Below, piece after piece: positions 44,507-53,609 of a DNA stretch of 64,000 bases. Under the pieces are notes generated by a model that was not told the DNA's origin, did no database searches, and worked only from the letters and a program-made list of their open reading frames with translations. The translations under genes were made by a program, and so were the position numbers. The stretch lies in the NCBI GenBank assembly GCA_964503775.1, contig CAZDBS010000002.1:3542-67541 (forward strand). Reading direction: 5' to 3'. Each line of letters opens with the position of its first letter. Within the stretch, counting starts at the first letter, position 1. This DNA comes from an uncultured Candidatus Saccharibacteria bacterium (GTDB lineage Bacteria; Patescibacteriota; Saccharimonadia; Saccharimonadales; CAZDBS01).

Positions 44507-45958
44507 ATGAAAAATAACTTCTCTTTTGTTTTCAGTTTCTTCCTGGTCATCGCCGACTTTATAGCTATCCTGCTGGCGTTTGTAGTGGCTTACATTCTAA
44601 GAGTCAGTGTCAACATCACAGACCAGCCCATTGCCTACCAGATAGGTGCCTTGGAATTTTTCCGCATATTTATGATGCTTATTCCCTTTTGGCTAATCAT
44701 TTTTGGCTTGTTGGGCTTGTACAACAGTGATGTCTATCGCAAACGCCTCCGAGAATACTCTCTGCTTTTTGTCGGATCTTTCATCGGTATCTTATTCCTG
44801 ATCGCCTACGACTTCATGTCTGCCCGACCGATATTTCCCGGCAAACTCGTACCAATATTCGCCTTGGGACTGGGTTACTTCCTGTTGCTCGTCGAACGAA
44901 GTGTCATGCGCATCGTACGGCGGACATTGTTCAGATTCGGTATCGGCGTCAACCGTATCATGATCATCGGTAACGCTGAGGCCACAACCAAACTAGCCGA
45001 GCATCTTGCTGACACTAAGCAAACAGGCTTTGAGATCGTAGCAATTGTAGCTCCTAAGGAACTTATCCCCGACAAACTCAGGGTCCAGTACTTTTCATCA
45101 GTCAACACAGCTTTGACCAAATTACACGACCTCCAGATTCATAGCATCATTCAGACAGAGCTCTTTGCAGACGAAAATATGAACAGAACCATACAACAAG
45201 CGTCATTCTCTAATCACATCGCTTACAAATTCATACCCGCCAACACGACGCTCTATACTTCCAATAACCGCATCGAACTTCTACAGTCGTTCCCTGTCGT
45301 CGCCGTCCATGAAACGGCTTTGTTTGGATGGGGTAGAATCGTAAAACGCCTTTTCGACATAAGCGTCAGCATCGTAACACTAGTCATACTGTCACCCATC
45401 ATGCTGCTCGTTGCTCTGCTTATCAAAATCACAGATCCTAGGGGACCGGTGCTATTCAAACAGCGCCGGCTAACTCGTTTTGATACACCTTTTTTCGTCT
45501 ACAAATTTCGCACACTTAATATGCGCTACAACGGCAAGGATGAGATCACGACATTTCGCTCGATGGACAGGGAAGACCTGGTGCAAGAATTTATCGAAAA
45601 TCGTGGCAAGGTCCAAAACGACCCACGTATCACACCTGTCGGAAAATTTCTGCGCAGCATTAGTCTCGATGAATTACCCCAACTATTTAATGTCATCAAG
45701 GGAGATATAAGCCTGGTCGGACCTCGTGCCGTCGTCGAGAAACACGCCGCTGAGTACAAAGAAAACCGTCCTCTTATGCTCAGTGTCAAAACCGGTATTA
45801 CCGGACTCGCGCAAGTATCGGGACGTGATGATATAAGTCTGGAGGAGAGGGTGAAGCTTGATACCTTCTACGTCCAAAACTGGAGTTTTTGGTTAGATAT
45901 CAACATCCTCATCAGAACTTTGTGGGTTCTAGTAAATCGTCGAGGATTTCGATCCTGA
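44507..45958 (+). CDS. wbaP: polyprenyl-phosphate hexose-1-phosphate transferase (WbaP-type initiating sugar transferase)
   Basis: Four N-terminal TMs plus a central domain. The C-terminal bacterial sugar transferase domain reads KRLFDISVSIVTLVILSPIML...PVLFKQRRLTRFDTPFFVYKFRTL...DELPQLFNVIKGDISLVGPRA. Confidence 0.85.
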   Translation: MKNNFSFVFSFFLVIADFIAILLAFVVAYILRVSVNITDQPIAYQIGALEFFRIFMMLIPFWLIIFGLLGLYNSDVYRKRLREYSLLFVGSFIGILFLIAYDFMSARPIFPGKLVPIFALGLGYFLLLVERSVMRIVRRTLFRFGIGVNRIMIIGNAEATTKLAEHLADTKQTGFEIVAIVAPKELIPDKLRVQYFSSVNTALTKLHDLQIHSIIQTELFADENMNRTIQQASFSNHIAYKFIPANTTLYTSNNRIELLQSFPVVAVHETALFGWGRIVKRLFDISVSIVTLVILSPIMLLVALLIKITDPRGPVLFKQRRLTRFDTPFFVYKFRTLNMRYNGKDEITTFRSMDREDLVQEFIENRGKVQNDPRITPVGKFLRSISLDELPQLFNVIKGDISLVGPRAVVEKHAAEYKENRPLMLSVKTGITGLAQVSGRDDISLEERVKLDTFYVQNWSFWLDINILIRTLWVLVNRRGFRS

Positions 45959-47091
45959 TGAATAGTGACAAGGCGATTCCCAAGGTTGCTATTGTTTGCG
46001 ATTGGCTGGCAGGGGGCGGCTCAGAGAGAGTTATAGTCGAGCTACACAATCTGTATCCTGCCGCACCTCTATACATGGCGTATTGTAGCGACCAATCTCG
46101 TCAGGCACTCGGCGATGCAGACCTCCATGTAAGTTATATGCAACGCTATCCATTTTCAAAGCTTTATAAGTTTCTCCCATTGATGCGTCAGCTTTGGTTT
46201 CATAGACTAAAACTCCAGGGTTACGACATAGTTATCTCAGTAGGCAGTGCTGAAGCCAAAGGCATACGAGTCCCTATGGGCACAGTGCACATCAATTACT
46301 GCTACACTCCCACCCACTACTATTGGATTAGGTATGAAGAGTATCTGCGTAGTCCCGGTTTTGGTGGATTTCTCAATCCAATAGCCCGCCTAGGACTCAA
46401 GCTTCTGCTCAAGCCAGCTCGGCGATGGGACTACAAGGCTGCTCAGCGACCAGACGTTATGATAGCCATATCAAGCGTAGTTCAGCATCGCATTCAAACG
46501 TATTATCATCGCGACTCGTTACTTATACACCCACCCGTTGATACTTCCCGCTTTCGGCCGACAGCCCAGCAACGACGCGTTGGCTTTGTTGTCGCAGGCA
46601 GACAAACTCCATACAAGCGAATCGACCTGGCAGTCCAGGCCTGTACGATGGCCAATCTACCGCTTAAAGTTATAGGCAATGGCCCCGACCATGAACGCCT
46701 AGTGAAGATGGCAGGCCCAACCATCGAATTCCTGACAAACTTACCCGACGAGGACATGCCGAAGCATTTTCAATCCGCCGAGGCCTTCATCTTCCCTAAC
46801 GAAGATGATTTCGGTATTGTGCTCGTAGAAGCTATGGCGGCCGGCACGCCAGTGATTGCCTACCGAGCCGGTGGCGCACTGGACACCGTCGTCGAAGGCA
46901 AAACCGGACTATTTTTCGATGAGCAAATTCCGAAGAACCTGGCGGACACCCTGCGTCGTTTTGATTCTTCGAAGTTTGACCACCAGGAGATTGTGGCTCA
47001 TGCCAGAAACTTCGATAGTCAAGTTTTTAAAAGCCAAATGCAAGCTATGGTATTAAAAGCTTTGAAGAAATATACAACTCCTAAGGAATAG
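45958..47091 (+). CDS. GT4-family (group 1) glycosyltransferase
   Basis: EDFGIVLVEAMAAGTPVIAYRAGGALDTVVEGKTGLFF (E-x7-E region). The ATG overlaps the wbaP stop (TGATG). Confidence 0.8.
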   Translation: MNSDKAIPKVAIVCDWLAGGGSERVIVELHNLYPAAPLYMAYCSDQSRQALGDADLHVSYMQRYPFSKLYKFLPLMRQLWFHRLKLQGYDIVISVGSAEAKGIRVPMGTVHINYCYTPTHYYWIRYEEYLRSPGFGGFLNPIARLGLKLLLKPARRWDYKAAQRPDVMIAISSVVQHRIQTYYHRDSLLIHPPVDTSRFRPTAQQRRVGFVVAGRQTPYKRIDLAVQACTMANLPLKVIGNGPDHERLVKMAGPTIEFLTNLPDEDMPKHFQSAEAFIFPNEDDFGIVLVEAMAAGTPVIAYRAGGALDTVVEGKTGLFFDEQIPKNLADTLRRFDSSKFDHQEIVAHARNFDSQVFKSQMQAMVLKALKKYTTPKE

Positions 47092-47117
47092 TATATCGTT
47101 AGATAATAAGGAGTTTC

Positions 47118-47972
47118 ATGAAAGGCATCATCCTCGCCGGCGGTTCTGGCACTCGTCTCTACCCCATCACTTTGGCAATTAGCAAACAACTTGTCCCAGT
47201 CTACGACAAGCCAATAATCTATTACCCCCTATCAACACTCCTGTCAGCTGGTATCCGTGACATTCTCATCATTTCCACACCTCAAGATTTGCCTCGATTC
47301 GAGCAACTCCTCGGAACCGGGGAACGAATCGGGTGTAATTTTACATACAAGATTCAAGACGAACCGCGTGGTTTGGCCGATGCCTTTGTGATCGGTGCTG
47401 ACTTTATAGGCACAGATAGTGTGGCGATGATTCTGGGTGACAACATTTTCTATATCAGCACTGACCTCACACAATATACTAAACCCGATGGCGGAATAAT
47501 CTTTGGGTATCCCGTTTCAGATCCAAAGCGATACGGCGTAATCGGGTTTGACGAGCATAAAAATGTGACGTCAATTATCGAAAAACCTTCGAATCCAGTA
47601 TCAAACTTTGCACAAACTGGACTCTATTTTTATGACAATGATGTAGTTGAAATTGCAAGACAAATTAAGCCAAGTGCTAGAGGTGAGATCGAAATCACCG
47701 ACGTTAATAATATGTATCTGAAACGAGGAAAACTTAAAGTACATATTCTTGACAGAGGAAGCGCCTGGCTTGATACTGGTACTTTTGAAAGCCTTAATCA
47801 GGCCGCACAGTTTGTTCAAGTGATCGAGGAACGAACTGGACTGAAAATCGGTTGCATCGAAGAGGTTGCCTATCGACAGGGCTTTATAAACAAAAGCCAA
47901 CTGGAGCACATAGCAACTGATCTGATAAAAAGTGGCTACGGTAAATATTTACTATCAATTATCGAGGAATAA
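47118..47972 (+). CDS. rfbA: glucose-1-phosphate thymidylyltransferase
   Basis: MKGIILAGGSGTRLYPIT, LGDNIF and the YGVIGFD and WLDTGT blocks are diagnostic of RmlA/RfbA. Confidence 0.9.
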   Translation: MKGIILAGGSGTRLYPITLAISKQLVPVYDKPIIYYPLSTLLSAGIRDILIISTPQDLPRFEQLLGTGERIGCNFTYKIQDEPRGLADAFVIGADFIGTDSVAMILGDNIFYISTDLTQYTKPDGGIIFGYPVSDPKRYGVIGFDEHKNVTSIIEKPSNPVSNFAQTGLYFYDNDVVEIARQIKPSARGEIEITDVNNMYLKRGKLKVHILDRGSAWLDTGTFESLNQAAQFVQVIEERTGLKIGCIEEVAYRQGFINKSQLEHIATDLIKSGYGKYLLSIIEE

Positions 47973-47974
47973 TT

Positions 47975-48841
47975 ATGAAACCATGCAGTGTCTGCGGCCA
48001 AAAAACAGCAGGTGTCTACAAACAAGGCGTTAAATCAGTCTATAGTGACAAAGCCTACGATCTAATGCATTGTACTGAGTGCGACCACTACTTCACATAT
48101 CCACTACCAAAAGCCAAAGAACTCGATAATATCTACATTAACAAATATTCATATGATGCACACGCACTCATCGAAGATGAGAAGCGCATGCGAGCACGAA
48201 AGTATGCTAATTTTATCGCTAGGCGAAACGTCAAAAGTGCCTTGGAAGTCGGCTGTATGCACGGACTGTTGCTGACTGAACTTCAGAAGCTTGGAGTCAA
48301 AGTAGCAGGCGTAGAACTCGACCCAGAAGCTGTCGAGTACTGCAAACAACGAGGTCTCAATGTCGTCCAAAGTTCGATCGAAGACCATCTGAGTAAAGCA
48401 ACTCAAAAGCACGACGTGATCATCATGAGTCACGTCCTAGAGCATATAGTCGACCCGAAGACCCAACTCAAGAACTTGAGTAAGCGAATTCCCAAAAACG
48501 GACAACTAGTGCTTATCGTCCCCAATTCACAGTCTGCAACCCGCAAACTATTCGGTAAATACTGGGGATACTGGCAGGTTCCAGTCCACATCAACCATTT
48601 CAACAAGAAATCTGTACGAACTCTCCTGGAGGACACTGGCTTCGCAATCACCGACATCAAGTTTTACGGGGCTGATTCACTCTTCTTCCTTTCCACACTC
48701 GCTAATCTTTTGGGCGCTCGCAACGACACCAAGGACCTCACCGGACCCAAGAAACTACTGGTCAAAATTGCTACAATCGTACTTCGTCCCTGGTACTTCA
48801 TAGGCAGCGAAGACATGCTGGTCGTGGCAAGTAAGAAGTAA
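47975..48841 (+). CDS. class I SAM-dependent methyltransferase with an N-terminal Zn-ribbon
   Basis: CSVCGQ...CTECDH followed by motif I ALEVGCMHGLL and motif II DVIIMSHVLEH. Confidence 0.7.
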   Translation: MKPCSVCGQKTAGVYKQGVKSVYSDKAYDLMHCTECDHYFTYPLPKAKELDNIYINKYSYDAHALIEDEKRMRARKYANFIARRNVKSALEVGCMHGLLLTELQKLGVKVAGVELDPEAVEYCKQRGLNVVQSSIEDHLSKATQKHDVIIMSHVLEHIVDPKTQLKNLSKRIPKNGQLVLIVPNSQSATRKLFGKYWGYWQVPVHINHFNKKSVRTLLEDTGFAITDIKFYGADSLFFLSTLANLLGARNDTKDLTGPKKLLVKIATIVLRPWYFIGSEDMLVVASKK

Positions 48842-48905
48842 ACACCAGAACTTTACTCTTGCCATATTATTGCTACAATCACATGGAAATGATTTAGGAG
48901 TATTT

Positions 48906-49556
48906 ATGACTGCACCACGAGTTGAAGCGACTAAGTTTGATCAGATGTTTGATTACTTGAGCGCTCCTGAAGGCGAAGCGTCTGGTGATGGTGCTTTCGT
49001 GTTTGGTCGTAAAGATGTACTAGTGGCACGATCGATGGCCAACCTAGTGGTTACCCGCGCTGTCGAGTATGCTGTCATCAGTGGGGGGATAGGTAAGGAT
49101 TCGGGTGATCTTGCTCTACCTAACGTCATGATCCCTGAGGCTCACTACTTAGCCATCCTTGCCGAACAAATGGGTTTACCGCTTGATAAGCTACTCATTG
49201 ATATCAAAGCTAAGAATGGAGGAGACAACGCGCGCAACGGCATTGATCTCATAGTAGCTAATGAAAAGCCTCATGACTCACTTGTCGTCGTCGCACATGC
49301 TACTTCTCTTCGGCGGCTCACGGAGCAATTACGATTTGAAGCAGGGAAGAAGGATTTTATAGCTGGACGCATATCTGCACTTCCTACAGCTTATATGTTT
49401 GACGCTTTTTCACTTGTCGATCAAAGAGAGGCTGTCGGTGAAATGAAACGACTACTTGAATGGCCGCAGAAAGATTGGCTCGGAGAGCAACCGGATTTGC
49501 CCATGGAACTTGCTGAATACGCAGTAGCCATTGAACCCGTACTGAAGGGGGAGTAA
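48906..49556 (+). CDS. DUF218 (YdcF/ElyC/SanA-like) protein
   Basis: GAFVFGRKD...AVISGGIGKDSG...EAHYLA...NGGDNARN...VVVAHATSLRR follows the DUF218 pattern. The ATG at 48906 has an AGGAG RBS. Confidence 0.55.
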   Translation: MTAPRVEATKFDQMFDYLSAPEGEASGDGAFVFGRKDVLVARSMANLVVTRAVEYAVISGGIGKDSGDLALPNVMIPEAHYLAILAEQMGLPLDKLLIDIKAKNGGDNARNGIDLIVANEKPHDSLVVVAHATSLRRLTEQLRFEAGKKDFIAGRISALPTAYMFDAFSLVDQREAVGEMKRLLEWPQKDWLGEQPDLPMELAEYAVAIEPVLKGE

Positions 49557-49689
49557 ATCGCGACATTGTATGAATAAGCTGAAAATAGCAGTCACTAATT
49601 AAAAGCTGCAAACAACAAGATACATAGTAGTTTATCGGTTGCCTTGACTGCTGCAATGCCCGGAAAATAAAGGTGCGGTATAGTAATTA

Positions 49690-50478
49690 ATGAGGAAAAC
49701 AATGAAACATAAAATTATCGTCGCCATACCGTGTTATAACTGCGAGAAGCAGATTGTCAGAGTCATCGGAGGCTTTAACAAAAAACTTCTCGACAGAGTC
49801 GAAAAAGTTATCGTGATCAACAATCGGAGCACTGACAATACTGTCAAAGCTGCAAAAGCCGCTATCAAGAAACTTGGCATGTTATCCGGCAAATTCGAAG
49901 TTTACACGAACAACGATAACTACAATCTTGGTGGTTCACATAAAGTCGCATTTCTCTACGGCGAGAAGCACAGGGCTACACATGTAGCCATACTCCACGG
50001 TGATGATCAAGCCAAGACTCAAGAGCTGCATAGACTTATCGATGCACTCGAACAGGATCCGACAATTGATGCTGTGCTTGGCACACGATTTATGCGGGGC
50101 TCCAAACTCGTCGGCTATGCTTGGCAGCGTGTATGGGGAAACCGAGCTATCAATGTCGCATACAGTATCGTAGCAATGCAGCCCAGTCGAGACCTCGGCT
50201 CAGGACTCAACATATTTGGACTCTCCGCACTGAAAGATCATGAATACTTGGGCTATGGCGACACCATGACATTCAACATTGATCTGCTGCTGGGCTACTT
50301 CAGTAAGCACGCCAAGCTCAAGTTTGTGCCGATCAGTTGGTACGAGACCGATCAAGTCAGCAACGCACGCAACTTCAATATCGGCAAAACAGCCTTGCGC
50401 AAGCTCCTACTCTGGAGGATTGGCAAAGTGGATCGTATCAATAAAAAACCATCCGACTATACCTCTACCAAAGTTTAG
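49690..50478 (+). CDS. GT2-family glycosyltransferase
   Basis: IIVAIPCYNCEKQI, VINNRSTDNT and HGDDQ (DxD-like). An alternative start is ATG 49702. Confidence 0.7.
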   Translation: MRKTMKHKIIVAIPCYNCEKQIVRVIGGFNKKLLDRVEKVIVINNRSTDNTVKAAKAAIKKLGMLSGKFEVYTNNDNYNLGGSHKVAFLYGEKHRATHVAILHGDDQAKTQELHRLIDALEQDPTIDAVLGTRFMRGSKLVGYAWQRVWGNRAINVAYSIVAMQPSRDLGSGLNIFGLSALKDHEYLGYGDTMTFNIDLLLGYFSKHAKLKFVPISWYETDQVSNARNFNIGKTALRKLLLWRIGKVDRINKKPSDYTSTKV

Positions 50479-50496
50479 TCGTATCATGGAGGAACG

Positions 50497-51240
50497 ATGA
50501 GAAAGTTACAAATTTTGATACCTATGGCTGGTGCTGGTTCACGATTTGCTAATGCCGGCTTCACCACACCCAAGCCGCTTATCGATGTCGACGGCATGGC
50601 GATGTTCCTCAAAGCTATATCGAGTATCGAACAAATACCCGCAGAGAAAGAATTCTTATTCGTTATTCGCCAAGAGCATGTCCTCACCCAAAAACTGGAT
50701 AAACTAATAAAGAAGGCTCTTAAAACTGCAAAGGTCATCGTCATACCTGAGCTAACCCGCGGTGCTGCCGAAACGGCTCTGGCTGCTAAGGAATACTTGG
50801 ACAAAGAAGCAGGTCTAATAGTCATGGACTGTGATCTTTGGTTCAACAGTAAAAGCTACAACAAAATGGTCGAAGAGTCCCTAAGTGACACTGCCGAACA
50901 TCACGGAGGGCTACTAACATTCGAAGCCGATAATCCTCGCTATAGCTATGCTAAGTTTGACAAGAATCACATAGTGACCCAAACTGCGGAGAAGGTTGTC
51001 ATTTCCAATCACGCAATCACTGGTGCATATTTCTTCTCAACCGCCAAAGAGTTTATACAAGCAGCTGAGAAACTTCTACAACAACCACTGACAGAAAAAA
51101 TGCCAGAATATTATATTTCCTTCCTGTACAATATCATTATCAATGAGGGAAAAAAGATCAAAGCCGCTTTCGTCGACGAGTTTGCTTCCTTCGGTACACC
51201 GGAAGAGCTCGAAGCCTACCAGGCAAGTAAAACAGCTTGA
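50497..51240 (+). CDS. sugar-/alcohol-phosphate nucleotidyltransferase (GT-A fold NTP-transferase)
   Basis: The N-terminal LIPMAGAGSRF...KPLI nucleotide-binding loop. 247 aa. Confidence 0.65.
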   Translation: MRKLQILIPMAGAGSRFANAGFTTPKPLIDVDGMAMFLKAISSIEQIPAEKEFLFVIRQEHVLTQKLDKLIKKALKTAKVIVIPELTRGAAETALAAKEYLDKEAGLIVMDCDLWFNSKSYNKMVEESLSDTAEHHGGLLTFEADNPRYSYAKFDKNHIVTQTAEKVVISNHAITGAYFFSTAKEFIQAAEKLLQQPLTEKMPEYYISFLYNIIINEGKKIKAAFVDEFASFGTPEELEAYQASKTA

Positions 51241-53053
51241 TCATACTTGGTATTGGCGTCATCGCAAGCGCATAGGATTAGTTGTGCTCTATATATTCGT
51301 GCTTACCGCAGCAAGCTATATTTTCTATCGTCGCTTTCCCAATAACTACCATGAACCAAACTTCTATGCAGAAGACGGGTCGGTGTTTGCTCGTTCACTA
51401 TTTCAAAAAGGGTTCTTATCCTCTTTGACGACAACTTTCAACGGTTATTATTTGTGGGGCCTTTATTGTCTTGAACAAGTAGCCATTATCATCAATAAAG
51501 TGTTTTATGAGGGGGAGTTCGTCAATCTCGCAAAGTCATTAGCTATCACCTCGTATTTGGCTTTGGGGTTTCTCGCAACATTGCCACTGCTGCTATTTCG
51601 GAAATACTTTCGACCACCATTTATCATCCTATTCATACTTCTAGGCCTAGCCGTCCCTATGGTCGGCTGGGATTATGCCATCATCGGAACAATCGGTAAT
51701 CTCAAATTCGCTTTTGTTCATCTTGCTTTTTTACTGTTGGTCTACCGACACTTAATGCCTAAAGATAGCCGATCAGTTTTGCTAGTCGATCTCGGATTAC
51801 TCATATGTGCATATACGAACATAACCGTCTACACCATGATCCCATTTGCCTTACTCCGCTATTTACCTTTACTTAAAGATCGCAGGAGCATAGTTCAAGA
51901 ACTTCAAGGGGATTTCACTTTCCGTAGCCTCATAGTTCTAGGTGTAGCGTTATTGCCACAGCTCTACGTCGTAAAACGCGACGGCGTACCGGTCATATCG
52001 GGTTATCTCGACAGCGCATACCAGCCCGACAGAACTACCGAGATTTTCGTCGGCCGAACATACCTGTATACGGTGTTATTTCCGATCTACAAATCACTGA
52101 ACGATATGTGGGTATGGCTCATCTTTGGACTTATCACTCTCTTGACATGGTTTTACACTGGTAAGCATCGTAAATTTGCTCTGTTCGGTCTTTTCAGTGC
52201 TCTTATGGCGACGTTACTATTTGTGGTGAAGCGTACAGGCGTGAGTGAATTTTTCATCGGGTATGAAAATGGCGGCCCTGACCAGTTTTTCTACCCACAA
52301 AACCTGATATTTGGTTTCATTCTTGCCCTTCTTATCACTTCATTGGTCAGCCGAATACCACGAAAACCTATTCGCTTGTTGAGTTATCTGGCTATTACTA
52401 TATACGTGTTGTTCGGAATGTTACCTAACGCAAGTACCTACGGCAAAAACAATTTCATGGCAGATGGATCTGGGAATATCTATGCCAATAGCAAGAAGGC
52501 TTGTGCAAGCAATGACCAGTCTTTGTCAATTGTTATTTATCCAACCAAAGATCTGCAATATAAGTCAATTGATAGACAGGTGTTGTGCTCTGAAGATGCA
52601 CTACTATATCAGCCAGAGTTTCAAAAACTTGGACTAGCACCTTATGACAATTCGATTGTTTCTGATCTCGGTACTAAGACATCATTCACCCAAACGTTTG
52701 TAGCACGAGGACGTGACCTGGACGGTCTTCGAGTATACTTCTCGACTTTTCTCAAGAAGGTAACATCAGCCTATGATCTTGTTCTATATACCGATAATTG
52801 TCGAGACAAAATCCTGAACACCCCTATCAATACCAATAAGATCAAGGATAATTCCTATCAACTGATACAGTTTCCAGTGCAACATGACTCAGAAAACAAA
52901 ACCTATTGCTTCACTATTACAGCGACCGACCAGACACCACAGCCTTTGGCGTTACAACTCAGTGCATCAGGCCTCTACCCAGAAGGACAAACCATAATTA
53001 ACCAAGAGCCGTCCGAACGAGACGTCGTCTTTGAGTTGCATTACAAAAACTAG
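51143..53053 (+). CDS. large polytopic membrane protein with a C-terminal soluble domain (possible glycan/phospho-substituent transferase)
   Basis: About 12 TMs followed by about 200 soluble residues. The start is uncertain: ATG 51143 overlaps the upstream gene by 98 nt, and an in-frame TTG lies near 51180. Confidence 0.55.
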   Translation: MREKRSKPLSSTSLLPSVHRKSSKPTRQVKQLDHTWYWRHRKRIGLVVLYIFVLTAASYIFYRRFPNNYHEPNFYAEDGSVFARSLFQKGFLSSLTTTFNGYYLWGLYCLEQVAIIINKVFYEGEFVNLAKSLAITSYLALGFLATLPLLLFRKYFRPPFIILFILLGLAVPMVGWDYAIIGTIGNLKFAFVHLAFLLLVYRHLMPKDSRSVLLVDLGLLICAYTNITVYTMIPFALLRYLPLLKDRRSIVQELQGDFTFRSLIVLGVALLPQLYVVKRDGVPVISGYLDSAYQPDRTTEIFVGRTYLYTVLFPIYKSLNDMWVWLIFGLITLLTWFYTGKHRKFALFGLFSALMATLLFVVKRTGVSEFFIGYENGGPDQFFYPQNLIFGFILALLITSLVSRIPRKPIRLLSYLAITIYVLFGMLPNASTYGKNNFMADGSGNIYANSKKACASNDQSLSIVIYPTKDLQYKSIDRQVLCSEDALLYQPEFQKLGLAPYDNSIVSDLGTKTSFTQTFVARGRDLDGLRVYFSTFLKKVTSAYDLVLYTDNCRDKILNTPINTNKIKDNSYQLIQFPVQHDSENKTYCFTITATDQTPQPLALQLSASGLYPEGQTIINQEPSERDVVFELHYKN

Positions 53054-53054
53054 T

Positions 53055-53609
53055 ATGGCTGCATCTTTCATATTTGATCTAGATGGAACATTGTTTGACT
53101 CAACAGAGGCTAATATAAAGGCTTACCGACAGGCGTTCAAAGACGTTGGACTGACCTTTAACGCCCGAGCCTACCGAAAATTTTTTGGACTCAGGTTTCC
53201 GGAAATGATGGATCAACTAGCTCCGAATACAAACGAAACAACACGAGAAACGATAAAAAAACAAAAAGCCATACACTATAAGACGAACCTTAAGCACATC
53301 AACCCGAATCATGGGCTTCTGATGTTTCTCAAGCACATCTCCCCGACACACCTCACTGCTTTGGTTACAACAGCCAGTAAGCACAATGTCGAGAACCTAC
53401 TGGAGTTCTTCGATATTGAGAAAGACTTGTTTAACACCATAGTTACTGGCGAACATGTTAAGAATGGTAAACCAGATCCAGAGTGTTATACAATAGCTAT
53501 CAAGTCATTGGGTGTTAAGGCAAGTGACTGCTGTGTCTTTGAGGACAGCGACGTGGGCATAGAAGCAGCCCGACGCGCTGGCACCAACGTAATAAGGGTA
53601 GTTATGTGA
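53055..53609 (+). CDS. HAD-superfamily hydrolase (beta-phosphoglucomutase/phosphatase-like)
   Basis: Motif I FIFDLDGTLFDS, motif II LVTTAS and motif IV VFEDSDVGIEAA. Confidence 0.8.
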   Translation: MAASFIFDLDGTLFDSTEANIKAYRQAFKDVGLTFNARAYRKFFGLRFPEMMDQLAPNTNETTRETIKKQKAIHYKTNLKHINPNHGLLMFLKHISPTHLTALVTTASKHNVENLLEFFDIEKDLFNTIVTGEHVKNGKPDPECYTIAIKSLGVKASDCCVFEDSDVGIEAARRAGTNVIRVVM